DNA from: a virus
Lineage: Duplodnaviria; Heunggongvirae; Uroviricota; Caudoviricetes
Virus record (IMG/VR): IMGVR_UViG_3300045007_000064
Location: 60,236-124,235 of that record
Length of the DNA: 64,000 nt
Strand: one strand, 5' to 3'
Under the pieces are notes generated by a model. It saw only the letters and a list, made by a program, of their open reading frames with translations. It had not been told where the DNA came from and searched no databases. Position 1 is the stretch's first letter; each line of letters begins with the position of its first letter. The translations under genes and the position numbers were made by a program. Shown here one piece after another: positions 36,738-45,507 of this stretch.

Positions 36738-37964
36738 TCAGCCCTTGACGCAGAGGATCGTCTGAAGGTGCGCGACCTTCTCGACCAGGTTGCTCTGAGC
36801 CTCGACCACCGCGTGTAGGTCCTTGTAGGCGTGAGAGATTTCGTCAATCACACCCGCGTCCTTGCGCGACTCGATGCCCTTCATGGTCTCAGCCACGTCC
36901 GCCACCGTGAAGCGGCGCTTGGCCTCACCACGGCTCATCTTCCGACCGGCACCGTGAGATGCGGAGGTCAGAGACGCCTCGTTACCGAGACCACGGACGA
37001 TGTACGAGCCGGTTGCCATCGATCCGGGGATCAACGCCAGCTCGCCCTTCTTCGCGGAGATTGCGCCCTTACGGGTCACGATCATGTCCACCGGCTTGCC
37101 ATCCACGAGGTGAGTCTCCTCCGCCACGTAGTTGTGGTGGCAGTTGATTTCGTCCTCGAAGCGCACCTTGGAGATGACGCGAGCCAGCTCACGCTTCACG
37201 AGGGACATCATCACCGTACGGCTGGTCGCCGCGTAGTTCTGCGCCCACATGAGGTCGTGCCGGTACTCCAGCATCTCCGGGGTGTCCTTCAGGAAGACCG
37301 CCAGCTCCTTGATCGGAAGGTCCTGGTTGTGATCCAGGGTCTTCGCGATGGAGATGTGGCGCTCTGCCAGCTCCTTGCCGATGTTCCGCGAACCGGAATG
37401 CAGCGTGATCCAGATGTTGTCATCCTCGTCCGTGCACAGTTCGATGAAGTGGTTACCTCCACCGAGGGTACCGAGCTGCTTACCGGCACGCTCCTCCAAC
37501 TTGTCCGCACCCGGGGCGCGGAGAGAGTCGAAGCCGTTCTTCAGCTTGGTGACCTCGGAGTTCAGGCCGTTACCGCCGATGTCTCGGAGGTCCTTCGAGG
37601 ACAGCGCCTCACCGTGGGAGTTGAAGCCGACCGGCACCGCGCGCTCGATGGCGCTACGGAGCTTGTGGAGGATGCCGTCAACGTCCTCACGAGTGAGGTT
37701 CGTCTTCACGGCGTTCACACCACAGCCGATGTCCACACCCACAGCGGACGGACAGATCGCGCTCGTGGAGCCGATCACCGTACCGATGGTCGCGCCAGCG
37801 CCCAGGTGAACGTCGGGCATCACGCGCAGCTCGTCAACCCACGGCAGCGCGCCGACGTTGCGAATCTGCTGAACCGCCTGCGGTTCGATTTCCCACTCGT
37901 TCGCCCACATGAGTGTGCGAGTCTTTGCACCCGGCAATTCAACCGGGAAGTTGTTGTCAGTCAT
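36738..37964 (-). CDS. rtcB: RtcB-family RNA 3'-phosphate ligase
   Basis: VMPDVHLGAGATIG, part of the metal-binding histidine signature, in a 408-aa protein. Confidence 0.9.
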   Translation of the reverse strand: MTDNNFPVELPGAKTRTLMWANEWEIEPQAVQQIRNVGALPWVDELRVMPDVHLGAGATIGTVIGSTSAICPSAVGVDIGCGVNAVKTNLTREDVDGILHKLRSAIERAVPVGFNSHGEALSSKDLRDIGGNGLNSEVTKLKNGFDSLRAPGADKLEERAGKQLGTLGGGNHFIELCTDEDDNIWITLHSGSRNIGKELAERHISIAKTLDHNQDLPIKELAVFLKDTPEMLEYRHDLMWAQNYAATSRTVMMSLVKRELARVISKVRFEDEINCHHNYVAEETHLVDGKPVDMIVTRKGAISAKKGELALIPGSMATGSYIVRGLGNEASLTSASHGAGRKMSRGEAKRRFTVADVAETMKGIESRKDAGVIDEISHAYKDLHAVVEAQSNLVEKVAHLQTILCVKG

Positions 37965-38254
37965 TTCGTGTCCTCGTAGTGGAAGAAGATTTCGGTGTCG
38001 GGTCGAAGGTAAATCTTGTACCCGTTTTGGTTGATCAGAATCGTCCCGTTCTGGTGAACGTAGATCGACTCAATGGTGTAGACATGCGGCTTGGTGATCC
38101 AGGCCTTAGCGGTATCATCCCAGTGTCGGGAAGGCTTAGCCTTCCCCCGGCGACTACCGTAGACGATGGACTCTACCGTACGCCCTAGGTCGCTGATCCG
38201 TAGTTCGGATGCTGGAACTGGAATCTTCGAGACGGTCATGCGTTGTACGTCCAC
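37961..38254 (-). CDS. hypothetical protein
   Basis: ATGA coupling to the rtcB start. Confidence 0.45.
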   Translation of the reverse strand: MDVQRMTVSKIPVPASELRISDLGRTVESIVYGSRRGKAKPSRHWDDTAKAWITKPHVYTIESIYVHQNGTILINQNGYKIYLRPDTEIFFHYEDTK

Positions 38255-38697
38255 AGCTCGATGTCTGCTCGATACCGCAGGGCAACTTCGGTGAGGACGA
38301 CCTCGACCATACGTTGGTCCAGACCGCCGATACCGCTGCCGATCCGAGGCAGGGCCAGAGTCTCGATGCCCACCTCATCACACTTCTGGAGGGCCGCAGC
38401 CACACCGCCGATGAGCAGGTCGTAGGAGGCGTTCGCCCCGGGAAGCTCCTGCGAGGCGATGTTCAGAACGAGCGCAGGCTGTCCCCACGGGGTCTTCAGG
38501 CTCCAGGAGAACACGCCTCCCGGCTCCAGGGTGCGGTTGCTGCACGCCTCCCGGTAGGCCTCGAACATCTCAGGGAACCGCTTGCTGAACTGCGCAGCGA
38601 TCCCCGCGCCCATAACGCCCACGGTGTTGACGCCGTGGCCGATGGCTCGCGAAGTCGTGGTGAAGATGTCGCCGTAGCGGTGGATAAGCTTTGTCAT
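38236..38697 (-). CDS. macro-domain protein (ADP-ribose or ADP-ribose-1''-phosphate processing)
   Basis: GDIF...GVNTVGVMGAGIAAQF and LPRIGSGIGG are macro-domain signatures. Confidence 0.7.
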   Translation of the reverse strand: MTKLIHRYGDIFTTTSRAIGHGVNTVGVMGAGIAAQFSKRFPEMFEAYREACSNRTLEPGGVFSWSLKTPWGQPALVLNIASQELPGANASYDLLIGGVAAALQKCDEVGIETLALPRIGSGIGGLDQRMVEVVLTEVALRYRADIELWTYNA

Positions 38698-38736
38698 GGT
38701 CTCAGCCTAACAGGTGTCGCCTGCTGTGTCAAGGCG

Positions 38737-39012
38737 TCAGTACGCCGTGTTGTCCTCGTGACCGCAGGAACCCTTGTGATTGACGGGCTTCTTGCATGGT
38801 TTCCATGTCCAGTCACTCGCATCCCATGCGTCCACGTCCCGGTAGGCCTGACCGCACTCATAGCTGTCGCTGTGGGTGTGGTAGAACCCGGCTCGACTGT
38901 TCGGGAGCTTGCCCAGCTCGGGTCCCGTCAGCTTCTTGATTCCTTGCTGCACTTCCGATAGCTCGTGGAGTAGTCTCTCCTCTTCGCGCTGAAGATCGCT
39001 GAGGGCGCTCAT
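38737..39012 (-). CDS. hypothetical cysteine/histidine-containing protein
   Basis: Start taken at MSALSDL. Confidence 0.4.
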   Translation of the reverse strand: MSALSDLQREEERLLHELSEVQQGIKKLTGPELGKLPNSRAGFYHTHSDSYECGQAYRDVDAWDASDWTWKPCKKPVNHKGSCGHEDNTAY

Positions 39013-39386
39013 TCGCTGTCTCCCTTGCTCAGGTGGTCGTAGATGACGCTGATCTTGACCCACTCGGGGGCCTCGGCGTTCGCGGCGGCGAGCATCTGCT
39101 TGCGCGCGGGAGGGTTGGACGTGTGGATGGTCAGCTCCTCAGGCCAGACCTCGTGCTCGATCATCCAGTTCAGCACCTTCATGCCGGTGTCGTCACCGCC
39201 GAGGTCGTGATCCAGGCTGACCTCCTCGATCCCGCCACCAAGAGGGCGTCCACGCTTGTCGTTGTTTCGACGCCACGTCTCCAGCCAGTCGATGGCCTCA
39301 GCGCTTGTCCGCGCGTGAACGTGCCATGGAATGCTATTGGAGTCCCACGGCATGGGACGCTCGTCGTCTACCCAAATCTTCATCAC
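39009..39386 (-). CDS. hypothetical protein, WVDDERP paralogue 1
   Basis: N-terminus MMKIWVDDERPMP...VSLDHDLG. Confidence 0.5.
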   Translation of the reverse strand: MMKIWVDDERPMPWDSNSIPWHVHARTSAEAIDWLETWRRNNDKRGRPLGGGIEEVSLDHDLGGDDTGMKVLNWMIEHEVWPEELTIHTSNPPARKQMLAAANAEAPEWVKISVIYDHLSKGDSE

Positions 39387-39694
39387 TTACCGTCCTGGTT
39401 GTCGTCGTCTACGAGGATCAGACCCTCCGGCCCTGCTTCCTTGGCGTAGGAGAGAATCTGGTAGCGACCGGTGCCACCGCCCGAGTGGGAGTGAAGTTCA
39501 CGAGGCCAGATGCCACGGCTTTCCATCCACTGGAGAACGTCGAAGCCGGAGTCCCAGCCGATCAGCACGTAGTCCAGCGAGACCACATCGTAGTCATTCT
39601 CCTGGAGCAGGCTGCGCGCATCGTCGGCGGTCTTGGCTACGTCCCAGTTCTCGTCCGGAGCGGGGCGCTCATCGTCTACCCAGAGTTTCTTCAT
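39383..39694 (-). CDS. hypothetical protein, WVDDERP paralogue 2
   Basis: N-terminus MKKLWVDDERPAP...VVSLDYVL; tandem duplicate of the neighbouring gene. Confidence 0.5.
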   Translation of the reverse strand: MKKLWVDDERPAPDENWDVAKTADDARSLLQENDYDVVSLDYVLIGWDSGFDVLQWMESRGIWPRELHSHSGGGTGRYQILSYAKEAGPEGLILVDDDNQDGK

Positions 39695-39744
39695 ACTGCC
39701 AGGGTACACGAGAAAGGCCCCGCTGTCAAGCGAGGCCTTTCCGG

Positions 39745-40818
39745 TCAGCGGTCGTGCTTCAGGAGGTACCGCTGGGAGATTGCCTTCCACGAGGCCCGAG
39801 CACCGTTCGGGAACGTTGCTACCTCGGTGTTCCGCCAGACGACACCCTCGACAGGCCGCTGAGGGTTGATCAGGCTCTTCAGGTTCTCGACCTGAGCCAG
39901 AGCCTCGTCCTGGTCCTTCGGGTAGGGCAGGTCGTGGATCGGCACGGCGATGTCGAGCGCCCACTGTGGCCAGGAGGCACGAGGAAGCTCCTCGCGGTCA
40001 ACCTGGATCGTGAAGAGTCGGAACTGGACTTGCTTGACCTGGAGAGGGTTGCCCTGGATTCCAGGACCAAAAATCTCCCCCTGGAGAGCGATTTCAGCCT
40101 CCACCAGGTAATCCTGAGCGGGGTACCAGTTGGTCATCTTCTCGTGGAGGTCCAGCTCGCGAGCCAGCTTCCACATGGAGTTGTGGCTGGTGTCCTCGAT
40201 GTCCCAGTTGCGCGAGGCCACGCCGTTCTCGTTGTTGGCGTAGAAGACGGTCATTGACGAGCCGTCAATCTTCTCGGTGGCGACCCAGGCATCCGGAGTC
40301 GGCTGAGAGCCGTCGAAGAGCCAGGAGAGGTTCTGCACGCGCTCCTCGTCGGTCTTGCGGAAGATGGACGGGAAGGCACCCTTGGCGCTTCCTGCAAGCT
40401 CGGCGGGGATGGGCGGGTCCCACTTCTCCAGTCCGGGAATGGCGGACGTGATATCCATACCGAGCAGAGCAATGCCCTGAGCCACGGCGAAAGCTTCATC
40501 CTCGAACTGAGCGAAGGGAAGCACGAGGCCCTGGCTGTAGACGCCACGGAGCTTCGCAGTCTTCAGGACGTGGCCCTCCACGCCCTCCTGGTTCTTCCGC
40601 GCTCCACGAGGCGCGAGGAAGGTGAATCGGGGGTCGTCCAGCGGCAGGAACGAGTCGATTTCGAAGTAGACCACAAGGTCTCCAACCTCGAACTCTCCGA
40701 TGCGCACGACGACATCCCAGCCGCGCACACGCGCGACCTCGATGCTGTCGGCTCCCTCGATGGGACGCAGCTCTGTGATTTCCTCGACCGTTGCGAGGGC
40801 GCGTTCTTCTGTAGTCAT
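39745..40818 (-). CDS. ATP-dependent RNA ligase (nucleotidyltransferase KxDG family)
   Basis: Motif I EKIDGSS with the covalent-adenylation lysine, an N-terminal OB-like region, and later ligase motifs. Confidence 0.65.
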   Translation of the reverse strand: MTTEERALATVEEITELRPIEGADSIEVARVRGWDVVVRIGEFEVGDLVVYFEIDSFLPLDDPRFTFLAPRGARKNQEGVEGHVLKTAKLRGVYSQGLVLPFAQFEDEAFAVAQGIALLGMDITSAIPGLEKWDPPIPAELAGSAKGAFPSIFRKTDEERVQNLSWLFDGSQPTPDAWVATEKIDGSSMTVFYANNENGVASRNWDIEDTSHNSMWKLARELDLHEKMTNWYPAQDYLVEAEIALQGEIFGPGIQGNPLQVKQVQFRLFTIQVDREELPRASWPQWALDIAVPIHDLPYPKDQDEALAQVENLKSLINPQRPVEGVVWRNTEVATFPNGARASWKAISQRYLLKHDR

Positions 40819-40872
40819 GAGTCCAGCGTATACGAAAAAAGCCTCGCTGTCAACGCCAGCGAGGCTATGTTC

Positions 40873-40946
40873 TTGGTGGGTCCTGCGGGGATCGAACCCG
40901 CGCTTGAAGGGTAAAAGCCAACAGTGCTCCCGCTACACCAAAGACC
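40873..40946 (-). tRNA. tRNA (anticodon not resolved), CCA encoded
   Basis: Good acceptor stem and T-arm GCGGG-TTCGATC-CCCGC; the anticodon stem is ambiguous. Confidence 0.45.
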
Positions 40947-40947
40947 C

Positions 40948-41019
40948 GCACTCCCACCTGAAATCGAATCAGGACTTCGAGGACCAAAATCTCGCGTGGC
41001 TACCGTTACACTATGGGAG
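40948..41019 (-). tRNA. tRNA-Gln (anticodon TTG)
   Basis: A1-U72 pair, T-arm CCTGA-TTCGATT-TCAGG, anticodon loop TTTTGGT. Confidence 0.5.
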
Positions 41020-41079
41020 TATGTGGAAGCTTTAAGGACTCGAACGTGCGCACGTTTGTCCCACGGTTTTCCAACCTCC

Positions 41080-41150
41080 GCTCCCCAGCCTGGATTCGAA
41101 CCAAGACGAGCAGATTCAGAGTCTGCCATGCTACCGTTACATCACCGGGG
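41080..41150 (-). tRNA. tRNA-Gln (anticodon CTG)
   Basis: U1-A72 pair, anticodon arm GCAGA-CTCTGAA-TCTGC, T-arm CTTGG-TTCGAAT-CCAGG. Confidence 0.7.
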
Positions 41151-41266
41151 AATACGCCTGCCGCATCTACACATACGCTTTGAGGCCGTGACCCAGGCCA
41201 GCAGGACTTCTGTGGAGGTCTCGACTTCGATTTCGCCCCGAAGGATACGCATATCGACTCCACATT

Positions 41267-41337
41267 GCTCCCCAGCCTGGTTACGATCCAAGTCTTCGAT
41301 GTTCAGAGCATCGCGTGCTGCCAGTACACTACCGGGG
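41267..41337 (-). tRNA. tRNA-Gln(CTG)-like paralogue with T-loop ATCGTAA
   Basis: Same acceptor as the preceding gene, anticodon arm CGATG-CTCTGAA-CATCG, A in place of T54. Confidence 0.4.
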
Positions 41338-41346
41338 AATAGATGG

Positions 41347-41466
41347 GCTACATGCCCACCAAGATTGCTGCTACGAGAATGATCAGTCCAAGACCGATGG
41401 TGGCGAGGGTGATCTTCACGTCTGAGGGCGACTTGAACTGGCCCTCTTCTTCTGCGTCGAATGTCA
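41347..41466 (-). CDS. small membrane protein (39 aa)
   Basis: Under 60 aa. AGGA ribosome-binding site, strong GC3 bias, one predicted transmembrane helix; lies between tRNA genes. Confidence 0.35.
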
Positions 41467-41483
41467 TGCTGACATCCTACCAC

Positions 41484-41558
41484 ATGGTGTCCCCGGAGGG
41501 GATCGAACCCTCGACCAAGGTCTTAGGAGGACCTGATTCTGCCACTGAACTACGGAGA
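41484..41558 (-). tRNA. tRNA-Arg (anticodon CCT), CCA encoded
   Basis: Anticodon arm AGGTC-CTCCTAA-GACCT and T-arm CGAGG-GTTCGATC-CCCTC. Confidence 0.75.
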
Positions 41559-41774
41559 CATATGCTGACCTGTAAGCCGGGTTCTGTCGTTGAAGACGCA
41601 CATCTACCTTCGCCACATACCCGCTCATCATCGGGGAATGACACCCTAGAACTGTTTGTGTTGCACCCACGGCCTCACCGCTGCTTCATTAGTCTGTGCT
41701 TAGTGGACGTACCACACGGCTATCATTCGGGTGCCCGGACTTTCCTCAGCTTGCGCCGCGTGCGTCCAGTCAGC

Positions 41775-41847
41775 GTGCCAACACCGGGATTCGAACCCGG
41801 AACCTTCAGCCTCGGAAGCTGCTGCTCTATCCATTGAGCTATGTCGG
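41775..41847 (-). tRNA. tRNA-Arg (anticodon CCG)
   Basis: Anticodon loop TTCCGAG and T-arm CCGGG-TTCGAAT-CCCGG. Confidence 0.6.
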
Positions 41848-41848
41848 C

Positions 41849-41923
41849 GTGGTCTCCCCGGCAAGAATCGAACTTGCATCGCCTGGTTCGTAGCCAGACA
41901 TCGTATCCATTGGAACACGAGGA
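41849..41923 (-). tRNA. tRNA-Arg (anticodon ACG), CCA encoded
   Basis: Anticodon arm TCTGG-CTACGAA-CCAGG. Confidence 0.7.
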
Positions 41924-41973
41924 GTTACCTGCGACTTAAACAGAGCACCGACTTTACGATGTTGCGCCGCATT

Positions 41974-42046
41974 GTACCCCAAGAGGGATTCGAACCCCCG
42001 ACCTCTGCATCCGTAGTGCAGCGCTCTATCCACTGAGCTATTGAGG
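41974..42046 (-). tRNA. tRNA-Arg (anticodon ACG), second copy
   Basis: Anticodon arm CTGCA-CTACGGA-TGCAG and T-arm GGGGG-TTCGAAT-CCCTC. Confidence 0.55.
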
Positions 42047-42047
42047 C

Positions 42048-42120
42048 GCATGGGTGGCAGGATTTGAACCCGCGACACGTCGGGTTGGAGCCGACTGCTC
42101 TGGCCTCTGAGCTACACCCA
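42048..42120 (-). tRNA. tRNA-Trp (anticodon CCA)
   Basis: A1-U72 and G73, anticodon arm GTCGG-CTCCAAC-CCGAC, T-loop TTCAAAT. Confidence 0.7.
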
Positions 42121-42564
42121 TATAGTGGTCGAAGAGCGTCTGAGATATTCAAGCGCTCTGAGAAGACCTGTTTCGTTGTCGCCTAGCATTCCGATCCCAG
42201 TGTTGCAGGGAGCGCAGAGTAGGCCTCGTACACACTTACCGCACGAGTGAGGCCCCGGGCAGCAACTGTGGTCATGGTCCACAACCTTAGCAGGTCTTGC
42301 CTGGCAAGACCAGCACATCCCGTTGAACATGGCAAGGAGTTCCTGCCATCGTTCGACCGAGATACCATGACGAGTATGTGAAGGACCATTCTTCTTGTGA
42401 ATGGCTTGCGCCTTGTCAATGTACTTCTGACGGTTGGCTTGGTAGTGCGACTTTCGATAGGCGCGGTGGCAATCCTTGCACTGGGCAGCGCGTCTGACGT
42501 TCTTCACTCGCCAGCTATAGTTCTCTTCTGGCTGAGTCACGCCACACTTGGTACACTTCTTCAT
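42112..42564 (-). CDS. HNH endonuclease
   Basis: VVDHDHS...CGKCVRGLLCAPCN. AT-rich. A TATAAT box lies 7 nt upstream of the ATG. Its 3' end overlaps the tRNA-Trp gene by a few nt. Confidence 0.7.
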   Translation of the reverse strand: MKKCTKCGVTQPEENYSWRVKNVRRAAQCKDCHRAYRKSHYQANRQKYIDKAQAIHKKNGPSHTRHGISVERWQELLAMFNGMCWSCQARPAKVVDHDHSCCPGPHSCGKCVRGLLCAPCNTGIGMLGDNETGLLRALEYLRRSSTTIWV

Positions 42565-42737
42565 ACTCACATTATAGCACTCCAAAATATTTCGTTTGGA
42601 GACCGCACCCCACCGACGAATCGAACGCCGCACGCAGAGGGTTGGAATCTCTACTGGTACCCAGACCGTGGGATATATGACGACCAACGCACTACAGTCC
42701 AGTTCGCGACCATTGCCGTAGGTGAATTGATCATCCG

Positions 42738-42809
42738 CTCCCCCGCCTGGATTCGAACCAGGGACCTTAGAGTTAACAGCTCTCTGCTCTGCCGCTGAGC
42801 TACAGGGGA
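42738..42809 (-). tRNA. tRNA-Asn (anticodon GTT)
   Basis: Anticodon loop CTGTTAA and T-arm CCTGG-TTCGAAT-CCAGG. Confidence 0.65.
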
Positions 42810-42877
42810 ATACGCTACACATTCGCTAATCAACATGCTTTCGCACCGTTAGCCTAAAAGGACAGTAGCCTTCCTCG

Positions 42878-42950
42878 CTCCCCCGCCTGGTGACGATCCA
42901 AGCTCACGCGGTTAACAGCCGCGGGTTTTACCAACATAAACTACAGGGGA
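42878..42950 (-). tRNA. tRNA-Asn(GTT)-like paralogue with T-loop ATCGTCA
   Basis: Anticodon arm CGCGG-CTGTTAA-CCGCG, A in place of T54. Confidence 0.4.
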
Positions 42951-43021
42951 ATATGGGGACCGTTCCTTTTACGGATTCGTTGGTTACCCCAGCACGGTCC
43001 TACACCGGGGGTTGTTACGTC

Positions 43022-43501
43022 TTAGAGCCAGTCTGCCTCTGGGTGGCTCCACCTGTAGGCTTCCTCGAAAGTCGGCTTGTAAGGCTGGAATGCCAGGGTC
43101 ATGCCGCTCTGTTCAAGCGACTTGTCACCCTTCTTGTTGTTGCAGGGCTGGCAAGCGGCAATCGAGTTCTCCCACGATGCGGGGTTACCCTTGGACTTGG
43201 GCTTGATGTGGTCCACCGTGGTAGCCTTGCCGCCACAGTAGGCACAGACGAAGCCGTCTCGCCTCAGGACGCCACGCTTAGAGAACGGGATGACGCCTGT
43301 GCGGTTGTACTTCCACTTGGCGAAGACGTACCGGACCAGCTCGACAGCCGTAGGCCGCTCGTAGGGGCCGAACATCTCACCAGCAATGCTCTTCAGAATA
43401 CGAGCCTTGCCCTGGTGGACCATCTTGATTGCGTGGGTCAGACTGACGCGGTTCAGCGCTTCCTTACCACCTAGGTTGTAAACGATAACTGTTGCGCTCA
43501 T
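43022..43501 (-). CDS. HNH endonuclease
   Basis: CAYCGG...TVDHIKP...CQPCNNKKG. Start taken at MSATVIV. Confidence 0.7.
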   Translation of the reverse strand: MSATVIVYNLGGKEALNRVSLTHAIKMVHQGKARILKSIAGEMFGPYERPTAVELVRYVFAKWKYNRTGVIPFSKRGVLRRDGFVCAYCGGKATTVDHIKPKSKGNPASWENSIAACQPCNNKKGDKSLEQSGMTLAFQPYKPTFEEAYRWSHPEADWL

Positions 43502-43574
43502 GAGTCTGACCTCCAATCACATTCTATCACAGCGTCATGAGTTTTAGGGGGCAGTAGGTTGCCAGCCCGTCAAT

Positions 43575-43871
43575 TTAGACGATCAGAGCCATTGCCTTAG
43601 CGAATGCCTCGGGGTCGTAACCTCCGGCGTAAGCGCCTGCCCAGAGAGAAGTTGCCTCCTCACGAGCCTGCTCTGCCGTCAGAGGACCGGTTAGGTCATC
43701 ATCCGAGTGGGATTCCCAAGGGCTGTAGCAGGAGCACCCGCTGTCCGTAGACAACCAGTATCCGTCCTCAGTCTTCCAGATTCCCACAAGGTCGTAGGAG
43801 TAGTAAGGCTCAGCCAAATCTACTTCCACGATCATTTCGAACTTGTCACTGATCTTGCTTCCGTACATCAT
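43575..43871 (-). CDS. hypothetical protein
   Basis: ORF. Confidence 0.45.
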   Translation of the reverse strand: MMYGSKISDKFEMIVEVDLAEPYYSYDLVGIWKTEDGYWLSTDSGCSCYSPWESHSDDDLTGPLTAEQAREEATSLWAGAYAGGYDPEAFAKAMALIV

Positions 43872-44042
43872 GATTCTCCATTCGTTGTTATAGCGAAACC
43901 ATTCTTGGAGAACCTATGCACTTGTAGCGTAGACCGCCAGGGAATCGAACCCTGCACAACTTCCGTGTAAAGGATGTCTGCGTACCCAGCGCGCAGTCCG
44001 TATGAGTAGTACTCTAGCAGACACTCGGATGAATGTCAACTG

Positions 44043-44114
44043 TGTTCGCGAGAGGAATTGAACCTCCGACATCCGACGAGTCAGGTCGGCACTCTACCAC
44101 TGAGTTACGCGAAC
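44043..44114 (-). tRNA. tRNA-Val (anticodon GAC), tentative
   Basis: Perfect acceptor stem GTTCGCG / CGCGAAC and anticodon arm CCGAC-CTGACTC-GTCGG; position 37 is unusual. Confidence 0.45.
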
Positions 44115-44259
44115 GTGCGGGAACCTAAGAGTTAGCGACCTCTGACCATGACTCCCGAATACGTCAGCGGCTCTTGTGTTTTGGGCGACTGGTTACGGCC
44201 CGCAGGGTTTCTCGTGTGTTCCCATTTGTATACCGCCTCCAAACCCTTGTCGGCGGGAG

Positions 44260-44333
44260 TGCCGCGTCTGGGAATCGAACCCAGGACCTCTCCCGTACCA
44301 GGGGAGTGTTCTAAACCACTGAACTAACGCGGC
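44260..44333 (-). tRNA. tRNA-Thr (anticodon GGT)
   Basis: Anticodon arm CTCCC-CTGGTAC-GGGAG and T-arm CCTGG-GTTCGATT-CCCAG. Confidence 0.75.
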
Positions 44334-44420
44334 ATGGCATGAGACGGGCACCAACTCTCGCCCTTACTGAGGCTCACACACCCCAACGGATTTTGCTGTG
44401 CACAGCAGGCATTCCTACCT

Positions 44421-44494
44421 TGGTGCCGGAACTCAGAATCGAACTGAGGGCTGCTCGTTACGAAGGAGCTGCTTTACCACTAAGCGATACCGGC
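44421..44494 (-). tRNA. tRNA-Thr (anticodon CGT), CCA encoded
   Basis: Anticodon loop TTCGTAA; U6·U67 mismatch in the acceptor stem. Confidence 0.6.
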
Positions 44495-44575
44495 ATGCAG
44501 GGTTTTTCACTGACAGCCTCTACTGTCACTCGGATATTACCGAGACGCATTCCTAGGAAATGTCCCTTACGTTTG

Positions 44576-44648
44576 TGCCGGAGTTGGGAATCGAACCCAC
44601 GTTAATCCGCTTTACAAGAGCGGTGCAAAACCACTATGCATCACCGGC
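44576..44648 (-). tRNA. tRNA-Thr (anticodon TGT)
   Basis: Anticodon arm CCGCT-CTTGTAA-AGCGG; the same U6·U67 mismatch. Confidence 0.65.
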
Positions 44649-44656
44649 AAGAGTGC

Positions 44657-44766
44657 TGGAGGACTTGAACCTCTCGGACGCCGCATGGACCCTAGGCCTG
44701 TTTTACATGCGTTAGTGCGTGCCTGTTATTTTCTTCAGCCCGAATCATTACGGGTCTACAGCACCG
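44657..44766 (-). pseudogene. unresolved tRNA-like element of about 110 nt
   Basis: 7-bp acceptor stem (GGTGCTG / CAGCACT) and T-arm (TTCAAGT loop) with about 45 extra nt between the D region and the T-arm. Confidence 0.25.
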
Positions 44767-44840
44767 TGCGGAGAACGGGGATCGAACCCGCGACCTTCTC
44801 GTTGGCAACGAGACGCTCTGCCAGATTGAGCTACCTCCAC
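44767..44840 (-). tRNA. tRNA-Gly (anticodon GCC)
   Basis: Anticodon arm TCTCG-TTGCCAA-CGAGA and T-arm GCGGG-TTCGATC-CCCGT. Confidence 0.7.
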
Positions 44841-44962
44841 TTAGGTGCATGGGCATTACCCCCATGCTGGCCGACACCCCTGTAACGAAACTCAGTCGGA
44901 GAGACCCGGCACTGCGTTTTAGCCTCGTCAAGTGCGTTCGAGGGAGCCGTATGCATCCGGCT

Positions 44963-45036
44963 TGGAGCGACTAGCGGGAATCGAACCCGCGCGTACACCA
45001 TGGCAAGGTGTCAAGCTACCATTACATCATAGTCGC
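44963..45036 (-). tRNA. tRNA-Gly (anticodon GCC), second copy, CCA encoded
   Basis: Anticodon arm ACACC-TTGCCAT-GGTGT and T-arm CGCGG-GTTCGATT-CCCGC. Confidence 0.5.
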
Positions 45037-45142
45037 GTATGGACACGGCGTCCCCAGAGCGACTGCCCGAGGACAACAATAACGACTTCGCTATTCGCAT
45101 TCACATATCGTTACCGCTAAGCACCCGTATCCGGTTGCTCCG

Positions 45143-45213
45143 AGTGAGTGACGGGGATCGAACCCGCGACAACAGGGTGGAAGCCTGTCATGTTACCGCT
45201 ACACCACACTCAC
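45143..45213 (-). tRNA. tRNA-Gly (anticodon TCC)
   Basis: Anticodon arm ACAGG-CTTCCAC-CCTGT. Confidence 0.7.
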
Positions 45214-45362
45214 GTATCTGTACCATTCTAGCACAGAAGTGTTTAGGGCGCAACCATCGAAAGTTGCATCTGCCACGCGGGAAGTCATGACTTTCCCGGT
45301 TCCGCCTCGGGTAGTACTCCCCGATTTGGACAAGGCCGTGTTTCCATTGACACCAGCCCCCG

Positions 45363-45436
45363 TACCCCCACTCGGACTCGAACCGAGGACCCACCGCTTA
45401 AGAGGCGGTTGCTCTAACCAACTGAGCTATAGAGGC
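45363..45436 (-). tRNA. tRNA-Lys (anticodon CTT)
   Basis: Anticodon arm ACCGC-CTCTTAA-GCGGT and T-arm CTCGG-TTCGAGT-CCGAG. Confidence 0.7.
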
Positions 45437-45507
45437 AAATTGAGAAGGGACGTTTGTGCCACTCGTCCTGCCGTGATCATTCGGCCATGCCCTTCTCGGA
45501 CGCGACG

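Noticed and set aside
38209-38961. 250-aa plus-strand ORF
   Set aside because: Arginine-rich antisense frame of the macro-domain gene and the cysteine/histidine-containing gene.
41011-41079. Possible tRNA between Gln(TTG) and Gln(CTG)
   Set aside because: Only about 60 nt, with a palindrome (ACGTGCGCACGT) instead of D and anticodon arms, and no valid T-arm pairing. Most likely a structured spacer.
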